Assembly: GCF_036588685.1 (NCBI RefSeq)
Contig: NC_086382.1
Location: 69,378,001 to 69,442,000 of the forward strand
DNA from: Mytilus trossulus
Lineage: Eukaryota
Direction of reading: 5' to 3'
Length of the DNA stretch: 64,000 nt
Of the stretch, positions 1-14,825 are shown one piece after another. Position numbers and translations under genes: made by a program. Every line of letters starts with the position of its first letter. The first letter of the stretch is position 1. Below the pieces are notes generated by a model. The model worked only from the letters and a program-made list of their open reading frames with translations, ran no database searches and was not told where the DNA came from.

Positions 1-2485
1 TTGCAATAAACGTCCAGATGAATGAGTGTAAGGTTCATTATCTACAAAAGATTGTAATATCAGTGTTCAAAAAGTATTATTATATGTCTCTAATTGAGAA
101 CATATTTGCAACAGTACCCAAATGAAGCATTTTCTATAAAATATGATATATGATTAGTGCCATCATTAATGATGCATACTTTGAAACAAAATAACTGTGA
201 CCTAGTTCAAAACTCATCATTTCTATTTCAGTTTTGTATCTCAACCTGAACACCATAATTCATCCAAGGTCTTACATTTGTTTGTGTTGTTCATTTTACA
301 TTTTCTCTGAAATCAAATTTCATAATGAAATCTAGAAAATCATAATGCTTTCTTAGATGGTTTACTGGTGAGTCAAGAACAATAGAAAATAAACTCTTCA
401 TTCGACTTATGTATAAAATGAAAAATCAGAAGTAAGTTTACTTACAACTATGGGAGCCTTGTGTGCATCGCAATAAATAATAAAAACCTGTGCGCACGAG
501 CTAGTTGGCACCCCGTAGTATGTACTACACTTTTGAAATTGTTTTTCCAAGCTTAAGGTTATCGATGCTAAAACATGAAACTGTTACGTTTTTCCTTTAT
601 TACATGGATCATTGGGTTTTATAATCATTGTATAATCAGATTACTTATTCTCATTAACCGTTTTATAGAGAAAACAACACAAGCAACATAAGTATCTACT
701 TTATACGTTAAATGTTACTTAACAATGGTATTTGTACGTATGAAGTGTCAACTTCATGTTATTTATACCTTCCAAGCGTCATTTCAACATACATTATACA
801 TATGAAAGTGCAAATTATTTATTTGGATTGTCTTTCTTTTCCCAAAATCATTTTAGACCGTTAAACAGGTGAAAACGTACATGTATTAATCACTGACTTT
901 GCATACGTCAGATGGTAAGTCCGTGATTGTTTTTACAGATTCATATTTTTTTTTTGACAGTAAGCTAAAAAATATGATTTTTATAGATAAAATGAAATAT
1001 ATCAGTATCTTTTAATTTAAGTTGTCATATTTGATACCTTTTTTTCTAAATTGATTTGTTAAAGTTTTCGGTGAAGACGACATGTGTATCTTTACAGTTG
1101 CTTTGTTAATGCGCAATGTTATTTATCAACCGATGGACACTTATTTAGATTACTAGAAGATCTTTGTAGAGTCCCTAGTCATCAATTCCAATTTTTGTAA
1201 ATGCGTTACAGCGCATACTACAGGAAATCGAACAAACTTTGAAGTTTATGCAAGGAAATAAATCAAGATTTTAAAATTATAAGGAGTCAAAACAGATAAA
1301 AGGAAATGCAGCTGATGGCTGCAATTTTTTTTTCCTCTTTGAAAGTTTATTCTCTTTCATGTAGAAAGAGCAAGAGCCATTACAACATATGTAAAGTAAA
1401 TTTGAGGAAATTTCAGTCATACAATGGTACACACGATTTCATATTACATTCATTTATTTTATAGTCTGAGTAAAGCCGTTTTCAATTAATATTTTATAGT
1501 GCGTCTTTTCTGTTTGTAATGTTAATATACTGCTGTATCAGGTTTAGGGTGAAGGTTGGCCACTGTTAAAACGTTCAAATCCGCTGCATATATTCCTAAG
1601 TCGGGAATTTAATTCAGGAACAGTGCTTGTCGTTTGTTGGTATGTTTGATAAATGTTTCTCGTTTTGGTCAATAGATTAGACCGTCGGTTTTCCTGTTTG
1701 AATTGTGATACAATGGTCATTTTGGGGCCCTTTTTAGCTTGCTCTTATGCTCATTGTATTCTGCTGTTGATTGATAGATATGATGTCGCTGTTAATTTGC
1801 TGCTTTTAAGAATCAAATAAAGAAAATCACATTCAAATGCATGATTTTTTTTCTTTATTTATATGTTTATGAGTTCAAAGAAAAATCCCCTCTGTTTGTT
1901 CTTCCCTCAAGCAACAGCAGTATCATGACTACTTAGGAAGTGAATTAGAACGACAAAAGTTTCAGGAGCATTGAACACAGTTTATTAAAAAAAATCTTAA
2001 TATAAGTATTTTAAGCAGCAGCAACAGCAACTATCTATCCTCGACTAGCGACAGCAGCAAAACACACACAAGAAGGTAGTGAGCACAAGAGCTGTAGAGG
2101 AAGTAAAAGCATTACATGGACACACCTTGTATATGACTCAACATGAAGCAACAGCAGCAGCGGCAATACTTTAAAGTGTGAAATGAGCACTACTACATTA
2201 GGCCGATATTTTATAACACAACTTGAAAACGTCACAGAAAGCACCCAAATTAGAATTTTAACCTATCAATATAAATAAAAAGAAGTGATGTGAGTGCCAA
2301 TGAAACAAGTTTACATCCTTGTCAAGTCCATATATGAATTTGAGAACGCAGACCTTATAGAAAGCACCCAACCCGTAAAGCCCTGTCTCGTAGTTGCAAC
2401 GTTATAACGCCCAACATTGATCGATTTTGTTCCGGAACTATTTTAATTTACTCCATCTTCTAGTGAATAGTTAGCCTGAGCTGGA

Positions 2486-2631
2486 ACTTGCAGTGATTTT
2501 GCATTGTAACCCAGATAAAAAAAACAAAAAAAACACCTAGAACTATTTCTATTCAAAACTGGTACTTGCAGTGATTTTGCATTGTAACCCAGATAAAAAA
2601 AAACAAAAAAAAACACCTAGAACTATTTCTA
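2486..2631. repeat. Tandem duplication, ~79-bp unit x2
   Basis: acttgcagtgattttgcattgtaacccagat(A-tracts)cacctagaactatttcta occurs twice back to back. Confidence 0.85.
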
Positions 2632-2954
2632 TACAAATCTACCCATCCGAGAAGTTTAGAACCAAAAAGGTGGAGATGCTCGGCACTCCAGGGGCGATAA
2701 AGAAACTAACATCGGCTGTATAACGTAATCTAACATTGAAGTTTAAATATATCTTCTCACAGATAAGATGAAGTCTTTTTTCCCTACAGATTCAATTTAG
2801 TTTCGCGAAATGTTGCACAATTCTGAAGCGCAAATTCAATGCATGATTTCTCGAAACTCATGTCCTGTATTTTTTAAATCAAAATTTCTGTCCTGCCTTT
2901 TTTTTTTAATTTCATCTTACCGGAACTTGTACAACCTTATCTAAAAAATCAAAT

Positions 2955-3028
2955 GATGAAACAAATGTTTTAAGCTCTTTGATGAAACAAATGTGTTAAG
3001 CTCTTTGATGAAACAAATGTTTTAATCT
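2955..3028. repeat. Minisatellite, 26-bp unit x~3
   Basis: tgatgaaacaaatgt(t/g)ttaagctctt repeated. Confidence 0.85.
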
Positions 3029-4197
3029 CATAGGTTGAATCCGTTTACATTGTGTCAACAAGGGGGTATAAAAGCGTCAAAAGGGGGATATAAAAAAACA
3101 AAAAGTCATATACATGTATATCACAGAAAACTATTTCTTATAGGAAATTGTTGTTTAAAAACAAATTACATTTTTGCTTCGTATCACTAATTTCCAATTA
3201 ATTTTTATCTGTCAAGTTCGTAATCCAGTCGTAGCTATATGAGTTACGACAACAATTACATGAACCGTCAATGAATTGTGGTCTAGGCCTTTTATCTGCT
3301 TTATAGGAATATGCATTTTCTACACAAAATGTAAAGCTCTGGATCGACTCAGTTTTAAAGAGACCAATAATTGAGATAGACTCATTTCTTAAAGATTAAC
3401 AATAAAATATTAAAATCCTAATAAATGTACAAAAAAATGAACGAAAAACAAATATATAACACGGCACCAAACGACAACCAATGAATTACAGGCTCTAGAC
3501 TTGGGTACAGGCACATATATACGTAAAACGGGGTCAAACAGGTTAGCGGAGTCCCAATCCTCCCCCTAAACTGAAACAGTGGTGTTACAGTACAATATAA
3601 GAACGAAATGTAAAAATCATTTGAAAAAGGCTTATCTGAAGACATTCGGTCTCCACAGTATTTCATGTACCTTTTGGGAACCCGTAAATATATTTGCTTT
3701 TCTCTTTATTTCATAGCAACGTTATGTTACATATTTATATATGACGTTTAAAGCCAAGACGCAAATATAGGCTGATTAAGGAGGTTTGCTACTCAGTTTT
3801 TAGACATTTTGTCAGATTTCCCGAATTCTCTGGTTTTATCCTTCAATGTGCCTCGAATTTTTTTGTCCATTAACCCCCTTTTTTTATTCATATCTCGAAA
3901 ACATGCACACGGACCCTCCATTTTTCTGCTTTTATATTTTCTTTAATTGTATACTATCAATTTATAACAGTCTTTTAAAAAGCTTGGTTTTTTTTTTAAA
4001 TAGAGTAGCAAACATCCTTAAGTTTGACTTGGGTTAATTAAACTAAATTGATTTGTGTGGGACTTGTGCTTAATTATCTAAAAAACATTTTATTGATTGA
4101 TAAAGATCGTTACTCATCTAGACTAAGTGTTAACTGGTTATACAAGTTCCTGACCTGTGCAGTGGAGCTGTAGGATACTTTATTATATTTGTTTGTC

Positions 4198-4416
4198 NNN
4201 NNNNNNNNNNNNNNNNNNNNNNNNNNNNNNNNNNNNNNNNNNNNNNNNNNNNNNNNNNNNNNNNNNNNNNNNNNNNNNNNNNNNNNNNNNNNNNNNNNNN
4301 NNNNNNNNNNNNNNNNNNNNNNNNNNNNNNNNNNNNNNNNNNNNNNNNNNNNNNNNNNNNNNNNNNNNNNNNNNNNNNNNNNNNNNNNNNNNNNNNNNNN
4401 NNNNNNNNNNNNNNNN
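4198..4416. other. Assembly gap (N run)
   Basis: Run of N. Confidence 0.99.
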
Positions 4417-4680
4417 CTGGTTGTCTTGTATGTCTGTCTGTCTGGTGATCTTGTCTATATGTCTGTTTATCTGGTGTTAATGTCCGTCTGTCTGTTTATC
4501 TGGTGTGTCTGTCTGTTTGGTGGTCTTGTCTGTCTGTCTGTCTGTCTGTGTCTCTTTGGTGGTCTTGTTTGTATCTGTCTGGTGGTGGTTTTTTTTATGT
4601 CGGTCTGTCTCTCTGATGGTCTTGTCGGTCTGATGGTCTTATCTGTCTGTATATCTGTCTTTCTGGTGGTATCGTCTGGA
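4417..4680. repeat. Degenerate (GTCT)n / ggtcttgtctgt simple repeat adjoining the gap
   Basis: Repeated gtct/ggtggtctt motifs; explains the spurious ORFs 4189-4737 and 4467-4706. Confidence 0.85.
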
Positions 4681-5499
4681 TGGCAAATGTCCATGATTAA
4701 ATCCAAATCAAATTCGAATTTGTTTCGGTTTTATTAGTTTGACCGTGTTATTCTTTATATGCTGGATACAATCCACGAGCCTGTGTCCACACTTGTTTCA
4801 TTAGATATTTCATAAACGTGTTTGCAAGAAGTTCTTTCCCCCAAAAAACTTCGTTACTTATGTGTTCAACCTTACTGTAGATACTTGTTTAAAGAGATGT
4901 TTGGTACAATATAACCAGGAGATTGTCACTCAGATGTTCCGTAAATTTTCTTTCTAATTTTGACATCATAGAAGGGAACGCACAATCTTTTTATTTGTTG
5001 AAAAAATTGGTGCGGAGGGGCATTTTATTTCGTATGAAGTATATATGAAGCATAAAGAATAAAACTTTTAAAAAATCCTTTGTTTAACCACAAAAGATAA
5101 ATGGTCGATATCTAACAATATAAACAATCAGATAGCTAACTACAAGGGGGAGTAATGTTGATTTTAAGCAACTATTGGTTACCGTATGACCTTCATTATT
5201 GAGCTTTAGTCCAGACCCAGGGCTCAATTTCAGATTGCATTAACTATGTACTGACGACAATAAACAAACAAGAACTATCTTGATATAAGATATACGACAC
5301 ATGTATATGTTGGCGTGAAGTTTTGTATCAACCATAAATATTCATCTTTAGATTTTTGTATAATTTCACACATGGTGATTCTGACTTGACTATAAGGTCT
5401 ATCTGACGGGGTTAAAAAAAACCTTCAAAATACTAGTTATGACAACTATACGCCAAACACAACTTTAAATTAGAGATACAACCTATGTTGGTGTGAATA

Positions 5500-8400
5500 T
5501 CGTGGATATCGTCAACAACGTGAGATGATATTTGTATTTGAGATTTTTTATTTCAATTATAATATTATAATAATAATATGCTTTGACTGAATTATTAACC
5601 CTTGAGCTCTTCACCTTTATATATAAGCTTTGGATTTCAAATATTTTGGCCACGAGCATCACTGAAGAGACATGTATTGTCGAAATGCGCATCTGGTGCA
5701 ACAAAATTGGTACCGTTGATTTTATTAAAACAAAGTATAACAGATGTATAGCAGTGTCTCCAGTTATTGAATCTTAAACTGGATATCAGCTCTTTATATC
5801 TTCCTTTGCTTCCATTAATTACGATTATTTTTCTTGCGATTTAATGGTAAATAATTTCAAGTTACCAGGATTACTAAATACTAAAAAAATCAAAACTGCT
5901 TTTTCAAGTTTAAGATGTACATGTTAGCTTAAAGATCGACTAATTGTACACTGACGAAATCTCTTTTTTGGAAAGGGAATTAAAACGAGAAAGCAAACAT
6001 GTGCAAACCAAACACAAATATTAAAAGCAGCAAATTAGTCAAGCACTAAGTAGCATATGACCGAGCATAAATTATGGTGGTGGACAAATATGTTTACCGA
6101 CTCAAAATTCTCTCCTTAGTTTAGAAAGCAATGCAACAGCAGTCGATAAAAATCAGTTTAAAAAAGACAGTTGCAACAATTCACAATAAATAACTCGTAA
6201 GAAATAGTCTAAGCTAGGACATAGATTAACGATCTGAGATATTAAAGCCCGGATGACGAAGTATCAAAAAATTGAAAGACGAAATCATTTCAAAAAGACA
6301 ACACCAGACCATAAAGCAGAATTCAGCCGATTAATGGCATTGGGCTGTATCTGTTTTTTGATCGGTTTGTTTCTATCAAACAAAAAAGACTTACACGTAC
6401 AGTATCAACCAACAAAAGATTTTTTTAATTGTCCAATGTATTCATGATTCCCTAACTGAAAATAAACGTTTTCCACTAATGTTGTCTTAATTCAAATATC
6501 CTAATTAGATGAAGGAAAAATATGAAGATAAAGGCGAAATTATGGCTGAATGCATTTCGGAAAAAGGGAGACAATTCAATCTCAAATATTTGACCAGGGT
6601 AACTCTGTTAAAGATTATACTTGGCATTTGTCGTCCGTGTACTAGTGAAACACCCAACAACACATCACAAACACAAGAATACACACTTGAGTTCAAGTTG
6701 TATCAAGGCAAACTAACCAACAAAACTCTTTTCCGTCAAATATTACTTAGAATAACGTTAAAATTGTGTGCAAACTATGAAATTTGATTGGCATAAACCT
6801 TTAAGAATACTTAACCAACTACCATCATTCGCATGAATATGAATTTCAAGCTGCATACTATTTTTTTTCCAATATTAACACATTATTTTAAGCATAGGTC
6901 TATGTAAACATTCGTCCACACATGTTTTGTTTTTGTATGTACAAGTACCCGGCCACGTCCACTCTACGTTTTAGTTATATGTATTTATGTTTGTATCCAT
7001 CTGATGAGTTGAGCCTTTTCCAGCTGATTTTCTGATGTTGTACTGTTTCCTACTGTCCCATAACCAGGTAAGGGGAGTATGGAGATCCCGCTAACATGTT
7101 TTTAAAACCCCGCCACATTATGTTTGTCTGTGTCTGTCTCAAGTCAGGAGCCTATAATTCATTGGTTATCGTTTGTTGCTGTGTTACATGCGGTATGGGC
7201 TTTGTTCATTTTTTAAGGCCTTACGGTGACCTATAGAAATCATACCATATCTTCTTTTTTACATTAGTTGAGAGAAAAACATCATATATACTTTATAAAT
7301 GTCCGAAGTACACTTCTGGATTTATTTGAACTTCATCTGGAATGCTAAAAATGCACAAATGATGGAAGAACGAAATTACAAATCTGAACATAAAAAGAAT
7401 AGCCATAGTCATTTTTTATGATTCAACTTTTCTTAGGCAGGTGGAGCCTTAGTTTCTTTCTATTCAGACCATTTATCTATCAGTATTTAAAAGATCTTTT
7501 CAGTCAAGTATACGTTGTTTATTAGCTATATTTTTTGTTTGTTTTAGTAGAACAAAAAACATGGCCGGAAATTAACATCAGTTTACTTTGCAATATGTGC
7601 ATGTTTTTTTCTAATTTGTTTTTTCACTTAAAAGCAACATTTTACTACAAAATTGTTTATTAAGATGTTGTCAATTATTCAGATGAATGGATTTCAGTTA
7701 AAACTTGTGTTTTCGTACAAAATTATGAGCTTGTTTAACACTTAATTAATAGACAGTTTACTACAATTCAGTATTCCGGATTTCAATTTGACAATAAACC
7801 TTGTAGTCATAACAAGCATCCGTCTTTTTTTCCCAAAAAATTACGTAAATGGTCTCAAACAGTTTTAACTTTTGAGGTAATTCGCGTACGGGATTTTCTC
7901 GCAGTGTTGAAGACCCATTGGTGGCAATCGGCTGGTTTCTGCTCTTTGGTTGGGTTATCTTTTTGACTCAATTGTGACTTTGGACAGGTACAATCATATA
8001 AAATGTGGCAGGATAAATCGAAAAACATACCGACATTACCTTCGACGTTGTTGTAACAATATAGCATAAGATCAAACTCTAAAAACCTGGCATACAGGGG
8101 TTGACTCATCCGATTTGCAAAACGCATAAACAAATATCCATGTGAAAGGCGTGTAACATGTGTAATGTATTTGACAACAACCAAAAAATGTATTTGATAA
8201 CAATTTTATAATCCTGATTTCAACACATACATGACATAGGCCACGGCTTGTTGAAAAGGAGATAGATGTGAGAAAAGAAAAGACACGAATTCGTGATTCT
8301 ATGGCGTTAATATACAGATATAGATGTGGACACAGCTAAGAGGCTGGACACAGATTTGACTCCAACGTGAATACAGAAAATATATGAACTAATTTCTAAC

Positions 8401-10260
8401 CTTTTACGATAAGCAAAATCCATTGTATCACCAATAAGAGCATCTTTCTGTCAGTGTCAACAAGGAAGTACTTAACAAGTCAAACAGTATGTAGGTGGTT
8501 AAACAATTTAATGCATGAACAAGTCGTTTCAAGTAGTATAGTTTAAACATATGATGGCTATTTTTAGGAAAATATTATGACAGTACAACCTATATTATAT
8601 GCCATTATAACAACTAGTTTCAAAGACTCCAGAGAAATTTTATAATATTGAAGACTTTAAAAAAAAGTAGTTTCATTCTGATAACTTCCTTTGGGTTTGT
8701 TTCTATATTTTGATTTTTTTGTGTGAATCTATTATTATAAGTGTCAAAAGTGCAAATATTATGATGCGTGTGTTGTACTTGTACACATAGATTTTATAAG
8801 TATGATTTTCACTGTGTTCCGATACATGTAGCTCATGTAGTTAACGATTTTTATTTAAACCATGTTCATTTTTGTCGGAGAAAAGATGGTGTATATTTAT
8901 ATTTGTCGGATTTCAAATTATGTTGTTATATGCTGTGTAAAACGTTGTGACAAGATCTACACGAACAAATGTGAAAATTACAATGTTTCGGTTATCGTTC
9001 AAGATGTGTTCGTTATTATTGTGGCTTAAAGAATAATATATGATTGTATCTAAATATTTTTGGATGTATATCCCTTGGATTTTGGAACGTATAAATACGG
9101 GATGTATATAAAAACAATTAGGAAATACATACTATAAGAGGTCTAAAATTACATAACTATTGTTCCGTAGTAATGTCAGAAATTTCAAATTTGAATTGTG
9201 ATTGTATATAATAAAGATAAAAAATCTTTATATATGGATAGTAGTAACTTCCCATCGTATTGAATTCCTTTTATCTTGAAAGCATTACAATGATTAGTGC
9301 AGCTTGTGCTGAAATATTTGTCAATCTTTGCGATATACTTTCATTACAGAAATAATTAATATTTCGCTAAAACCAGTACAAATGCACTGAATCAATATTT
9401 TCCCTTTCTTGTCGGCCAGCTAAGTGATGAGTCGCTTTTTCAAATTTGATTTGTACCTCCAGTCTCTTCGTAAATTATTTTTAAAAAAGACATGATTGGT
9501 GTTGAAAAAACTCATCCATTTGTGAGGTAAACATTACATAGCTCTTCTTCAAAACTTTTGTCGACTTTTTTGAAATAAGGTAAGATAAAAATAGATATCT
9601 TATTAGCATGAAATACAAACAATTCTGTAAGAAGACGTATAAGAAATCCGGAAAGTTCCAATGAAAAAGACTATAACTTTTTTGGGCGTATTTTGAAAAC
9701 ATACATTCAGTGATTTGTATGTCGTCAAATTCTTTAAATTCATACAAAACCTTTAAGTAATAAATTTTCCTTTCACAAATGTATATTAATAACTGGAATA
9801 TTATATTACATATTACCTAATTTTCTGCTTACTATGCTCAGATATTATATCATCTAAAAATATTCATCTACATTTTGAATACAATAATTATATTTAAGTC
9901 TTTTTATCTTTATTCGTCTTTTATTTACCGTATCTAAATGGGTATTTATCAGATACAGTAAACGTAACAAAAATGAACTTCTTTTCAATTTGTGCATTTT
10001 CTTATTGAAAACTAGAACACATTCCTGGTTCTTTATAATTTCGGGACGTACTTCCATACATTCAACATAATTTACTGGACTTTTTTTTAGATATTTACAC
10101 GTAACCGTTTTCAACAAAACCAACTAAACGAACTCTGATAAAACTATATATGAGTTATTTCTTATGCTCTGGTAGAGTCAGCACATAGATCCACATACTG
10201 TTCTGCAACTGCTCTATTCCCAAGTTCTCATCGCTTGTTATTTGTAATATCCAAGTTAAT
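5500..10260 (-). pseudogene. Possible highly decayed NTPase-ankyrin gene remnants
   Basis: Frameshifted ankyrin-like RADIQF/DSITGDTAIHL at ~5740-5795 (-); stop-riddled coding-like stretches at ~8000-8180 and ~9300-10250. Similarity judged by eye only. Confidence 0.25.
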
Positions 10261-10425
10261 CTAAGTACAAAAAGAAACAAATTAAGACAATTAAACATTC
10301 GTCAGAAATCAATTATTTGTCTTGAAAAAGTAGCGGAATAAATTTGGAAACTAACATATACCAATAACAAATGTGATGAACAAAATCCCCATTTCTAACG
10401 TCCGCAGCGACAATTGAATGATTAA

Positions 10426-11044
10426 GGGCATACAATACAGTTACAGGGAAGGTTATGACGTTGCTAACGTAATTTGTTATTTTCGCGACGTCAAACTGTG
10501 ACATATCGGGAAAAGATGCATTTTTCGACCGATTTTTATCGTTCAAACTGATTTAATTTGAAAACGAGTTCATGGACCCCTATTTTTCCAAACGGCATTT
10601 TGTTTCATTTTGCAGGGAGATTATTTGACCCAAATTTTATAAAACTGTAAATAGAGGATTTTTTTTAATTTTGATAAACATACAGTAAAAAATGACGTGC
10701 TTTCCTCAATTCATGAACATTTGATAAATATGAGTTATTTCTGAATAAAAAATTGCACATTTTTTAGGATATTTATAAAATACAGAAATTACCGATTATT
10801 TAACAAAAAACAATTTGTGTTTATCTTTTATAACAAAAAAGTTATGTCTTTCTTTCGAAAAAGAAATTACGGCCACAAATCTGAATTTTGAGCAAATATA
10901 CAAAATTTCGACCTCATTTTACTCAAAAAGTAGCACATGAAGGTATATTTTTTATTACATATTTGATTTAATCAGGTAAAAAGTATCCTATATGCAAATT
11001 TTCATGAACTTGTAAATACAGGATCAAAACTGTATCGTATGCCC
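10426..11044. mobile_element. Non-autonomous TIR DNA transposon (MITE) with TTAA TSD, Kolobok-like termini
   Basis: TIR gggcatac(a/g)atacagtt, 16/17 match; TTAA at 10422-10425 and 11045-11048. Confidence 0.88.
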
Positions 11045-11601
11045 TTAAAGAAAAACAACAATAAAAATATAATAGGAGATATGATATGAGAACCAATGAG
11101 ATTACGTTCTGTCAGAGACGTTAGGACTAGAATGTAAATAACTTTATCGGTCCACAGATGAATTATCACGTTGAGATTGGTTAAACACCGTCACGTGGTG
11201 ACCCCCTATGAGACCATATGGGGTTAGTAAGTTTCATATGGGGTTCATGACGCCTTAGAGACGTAATCTATTAATGTTGTTGTGTTTCGTTGTTTATTTT
11301 TCAACAAAACGCCGCAAAACGCCTATGGATTGTACTAACCCTCTATGGATCCGTATGGGGTCAGTAGCCAACCATATAACTTATATAACGGCCTGCAACC
11401 ATGAGCCGAATCTATACCATATTGTAAGCAATGAAATAACTTTAAAAGACAGAAAATAAAATAAACCAAAGTGGTATTCAATTACAGGATTTCATCTAAT
11501 AAAACAACAAAATGAAAAACAAAATACAAATCTCTTATTTATCAAAATGTTTTTAAACATTAAACGTTTATTATTCTTTTTTTTAAGTCCGCTTTTTTTC
11601 T

Positions 11602-13958
11602 CTAGTTTTCAACCTTTCCAGAAGACAGGTCTGAAAATTTAATGCTATTTCTTAGTGGATCGTAACCATCATCGTTCCGGGTGTTAGTATTAGCTCCACA
11701 GACCAACAGTATATCCACCACATAAACTGAGGGAAATGTCATCAGAGAAACATTCCCTACTTTAGATATATTGGGATCTACTGCTAAGTGTAATAATGTC
11801 TGATTATTTATTCCCCTGGGATCAAGTTGAATCAAGTACGCAACTTGTTCTATAAAGTTAACACGCTCAACCACGCTACCACCAATAAACTGGAAAAGTC
11901 GAATTAAATGTAGTGTTAACTGCATTAGGCACTGCAAATTTCCTTGTTCAATAATGGTTAATGGGCGTTTGGTGAGAACATTTTTGCCGCCTTCAATCTG
12001 ACGAACAATCATTTTGAAGACATCAAATACGTCCGTCGTCTGAATCTGAAATGACAAAAGAGCTTATTAATAGAGATAATAAAAATTAAAGCCTAGTACC
12101 TTTGAACCTGATTTTTACCGTTTGATTTATTGTTGTATAGTTACATCACTTTATCAGGATAGGGAATTGGTTCAGGACACACAAACATGTTAACATAGTC
12201 GCATTGTTTATATACCTGTAGTCCAGTGTGTGATGTTGGTCATTTTATGTCACTATTATTTGTCATTTACTATTTTAGGTTTAAAGTTTTTCGTTATATA
12301 TAATTAGTCTTCGTTTTTGGTTGCTTCGAGTATGCATTTCCCAGTCTTAAAAAGACAGATGACAAATACTAAAGGGATAATCAAACTATTTACTAGAAAC
12401 TGACAACGGCTCCCTAAAGAAACAGCAATCGAATAAAAAACAGTCCAAGCAAAACTTCAAATAAGACGGGATTTAAGTCGTTTACTTAATTGGAACACAC
12501 CGTCGTCAACAGTGAAAACAGATATCTCACAACAGCCAAATAATCTGTGATGGTGTCTGTACAACTTTTAGATAACCGGGCAAAAGACATATTACCGAAA
12601 AAATCTTAACATTTAGCGTGAACATTAAAGCTCATTTTTATTTAAAATGGTTTTTATCTGAAAAACTTATTGTATTGATTGATATTTTGTAAAAAAAATT
12701 ATTTATAACAATTACCTGTTCTGTTGTTTTCTTGTTAACCCATTTTGTTTCCAATTCACAAATCATATCAACTAAACTTATCGCACTTTGAATAGTGTCA
12801 GCATTTAGAGGATCGTCTAGTTTTAACCTTAGGGTGTAAGCGTATTTCCATAGTTCGACGCATCGCTGGTAACAACCATTATCGCCATAAAGAGCACCAC
12901 GAAAAATGATCTTCCCGATTGTAACTGGATGATTTTCGCCATAAATCCGGGAATATTTTAGCAGTGCTTGCATGTAAAAGTCATTTGGATCAGTCAGTTG
13001 ACGTAAAGTTTCTACTGACATAACTTCAACTGCACGATTCAAGAAAGATACCGGTTTTACCTCCCTGTCAGTGTTGGTAATAGTATTTATCAATTCAAAA
13101 CGCAGCTTTAATGCTGTTTCCCACATTAAAACACAACGTGTAATATCATCATCCACCAAAGAACAACCAATCAAATCAAAAGCATCGCATTTTTCTTCGA
13201 CTGGAAATTCATAAGTGTCTAGAAAGTATTTTATAACAGTTGAACTACCTCTGAGAGCAGCGATTTTAAGGGGCGTTTCTTCATAGTTTGTTTTGGCGGT
13301 CATTGACCCTCCATTTCGACATAATAACTTCACGGTTTCTAATTTATGAGAGTGTGCAGCATGATGTAAGGCCGTATATCCATCCACACTTGAAGCGTTA
13401 ACACTTGCTCCTTTAGAAATAAGATATGCACATAGTTCTGTGTTATCTACAGCTGCCATTAAACACGAATATCCTTTTTCTGTAATATTTCTGAGGTTTG
13501 CACCATGTTCTACGAGATATTCTACCATAGGCATATTTAGCGACCCACATGCCGATATTAATGGTGTCGACTTTACACTGGTCAGTCCATTCACGTCTGC
13601 TCCATGTTCAGTCAGAAGTTTTATTATATCAAGCCCATTTTCAAGACCTGTCGCACACCATAAAGACGGAGCTTCAATTCCACTTTCCCAGGTGGGTGCT
13701 TTAAAGAATCCGTTTTGTTCAACGTCGGGGTCACATTCGTCCAACAGATATTTTACAATATCTGCATTACCCTTTATGTATACATGCCTGAACTAATGCA
13801 GGCCTTTCATCGATCTTGAAAGTCACGATTGATTTCCGCTGGCTTATTGTCAACATACATAATGTACTGATGATTTTGTTAAGTTTATCTTCATCAATAT
13901 ATGTGTGTATAATCCTGGCAATCTTTTTAATTTCAGAATTACTCAGTTCAGCTGACAT
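11602..13958 (-). pseudogene. fem-1: FEM1-like ankyrin/TPR protein, copy A, frameshifted
   Basis: Exon1 13958-12716 (CAG|gtaatt), exon2 12045-11602 (tttcag|ATT). FEM1 motifs APSLWCA, STPLISAC, RGALYGDNGCYQRCVELWKYA, LDPRG..QTLLHLAV, FPS..VV.ILL.CGA. A 4-bp insertion near 13775-13780 relative to copy B gives a stop after 63 aa. Confidence 0.85.
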
Positions 13959-14159
13959 ATTTGTTATATATATACCTTAGGAACGGTAGTAAAACAGCTG
14001 ATCAAAACTGTATAACGGTATTTACATCCCTGTCTGTAAAGTACCTTTAAACCGTATCGATAATCAAAAATCTAATTTTAACTTTACCATTGACGATGAA
14101 GAAAAGTGATTTTTAGAAACAATGCATCGAAAAAGTAATTTGATATTTTAGACTACGTG

Positions 14160-14275
14160 TATATCATTTGGAAATTTTCAGTTCCGTGTGAGTTGATCCA
14201 TAAATATACATATATATACTTAAATCTATCTACCTGTTCTAGATATTTAAATAATTGACCTTGCTCGACGTTAAA
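14160..14275 (-). promoter_or_regulatory. Upstream block conserved between the two FEM1-like paralogs; kB-like GGAAATTTTC
   Basis: atcatttggaaattttcagttccgtgt...tatctacctgttctagatatt...tgaccttgc is nearly identical at 21428-21530. Confidence 0.5.
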
Positions 14276-14825
14276 TATGTCAAATAAACTAAGATAAAAT
14301 TAGGTTATTAAAGTTTGAAATAAAGGAAAAAGTAGTATGCAGCTATTCGAAACTCAACAAAAAAAAAAATCAGGGTTACAAACTAAAACTGAGTGATAAG
14401 AGGAGAACAACGACACAAAAGAAACACAACATAAAAATGAAACACACTGAGAAACGTTACAACATTTATACTTAAATAATTTTTTTAATCTAAATCAGTA
14501 TATATTTCATCAACCGAGCGATCATAGCCAAATTTCAGAAAAGACTTTGTCACCCCTTGGTGGCAATGTTTGTTTATATATAAAATATTAAATTTTGATG
14601 AAAATAGATGATAAAAAATCGATTTGGTCGGCATGTTTTCAAAATGTTTGCTCCAAAACTTGTTACTATTATTCTGATAGAATACTAAACATGCAGATGG
14701 TGGTCAGTGCACAATATATACTTTAATCATGATTCAATATCTCTCGAACTTGTATTATAAAAATGCATCAGACAGTCACAGATAAAGATTAATTTTTATT
14801 TTTAATAAAGGATTCATTATGGGAA

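Noticed and set aside
4157-4737. ORFs of 73-182 aa around the gap
   Set aside because: Artifacts of the N run and the GTCT simple repeat
7000-7030. CTGATGAG as another hammerhead core
   Set aside because: No stem II, GAAA or cleavage triplet follows; it is part of a SINE-like repeat
13440-13796. Plus-strand ORFs 13440-13796 and 20713-20964, similar to each other
   Set aside because: Antisense shadows of the FEM1-like ankyrin exons
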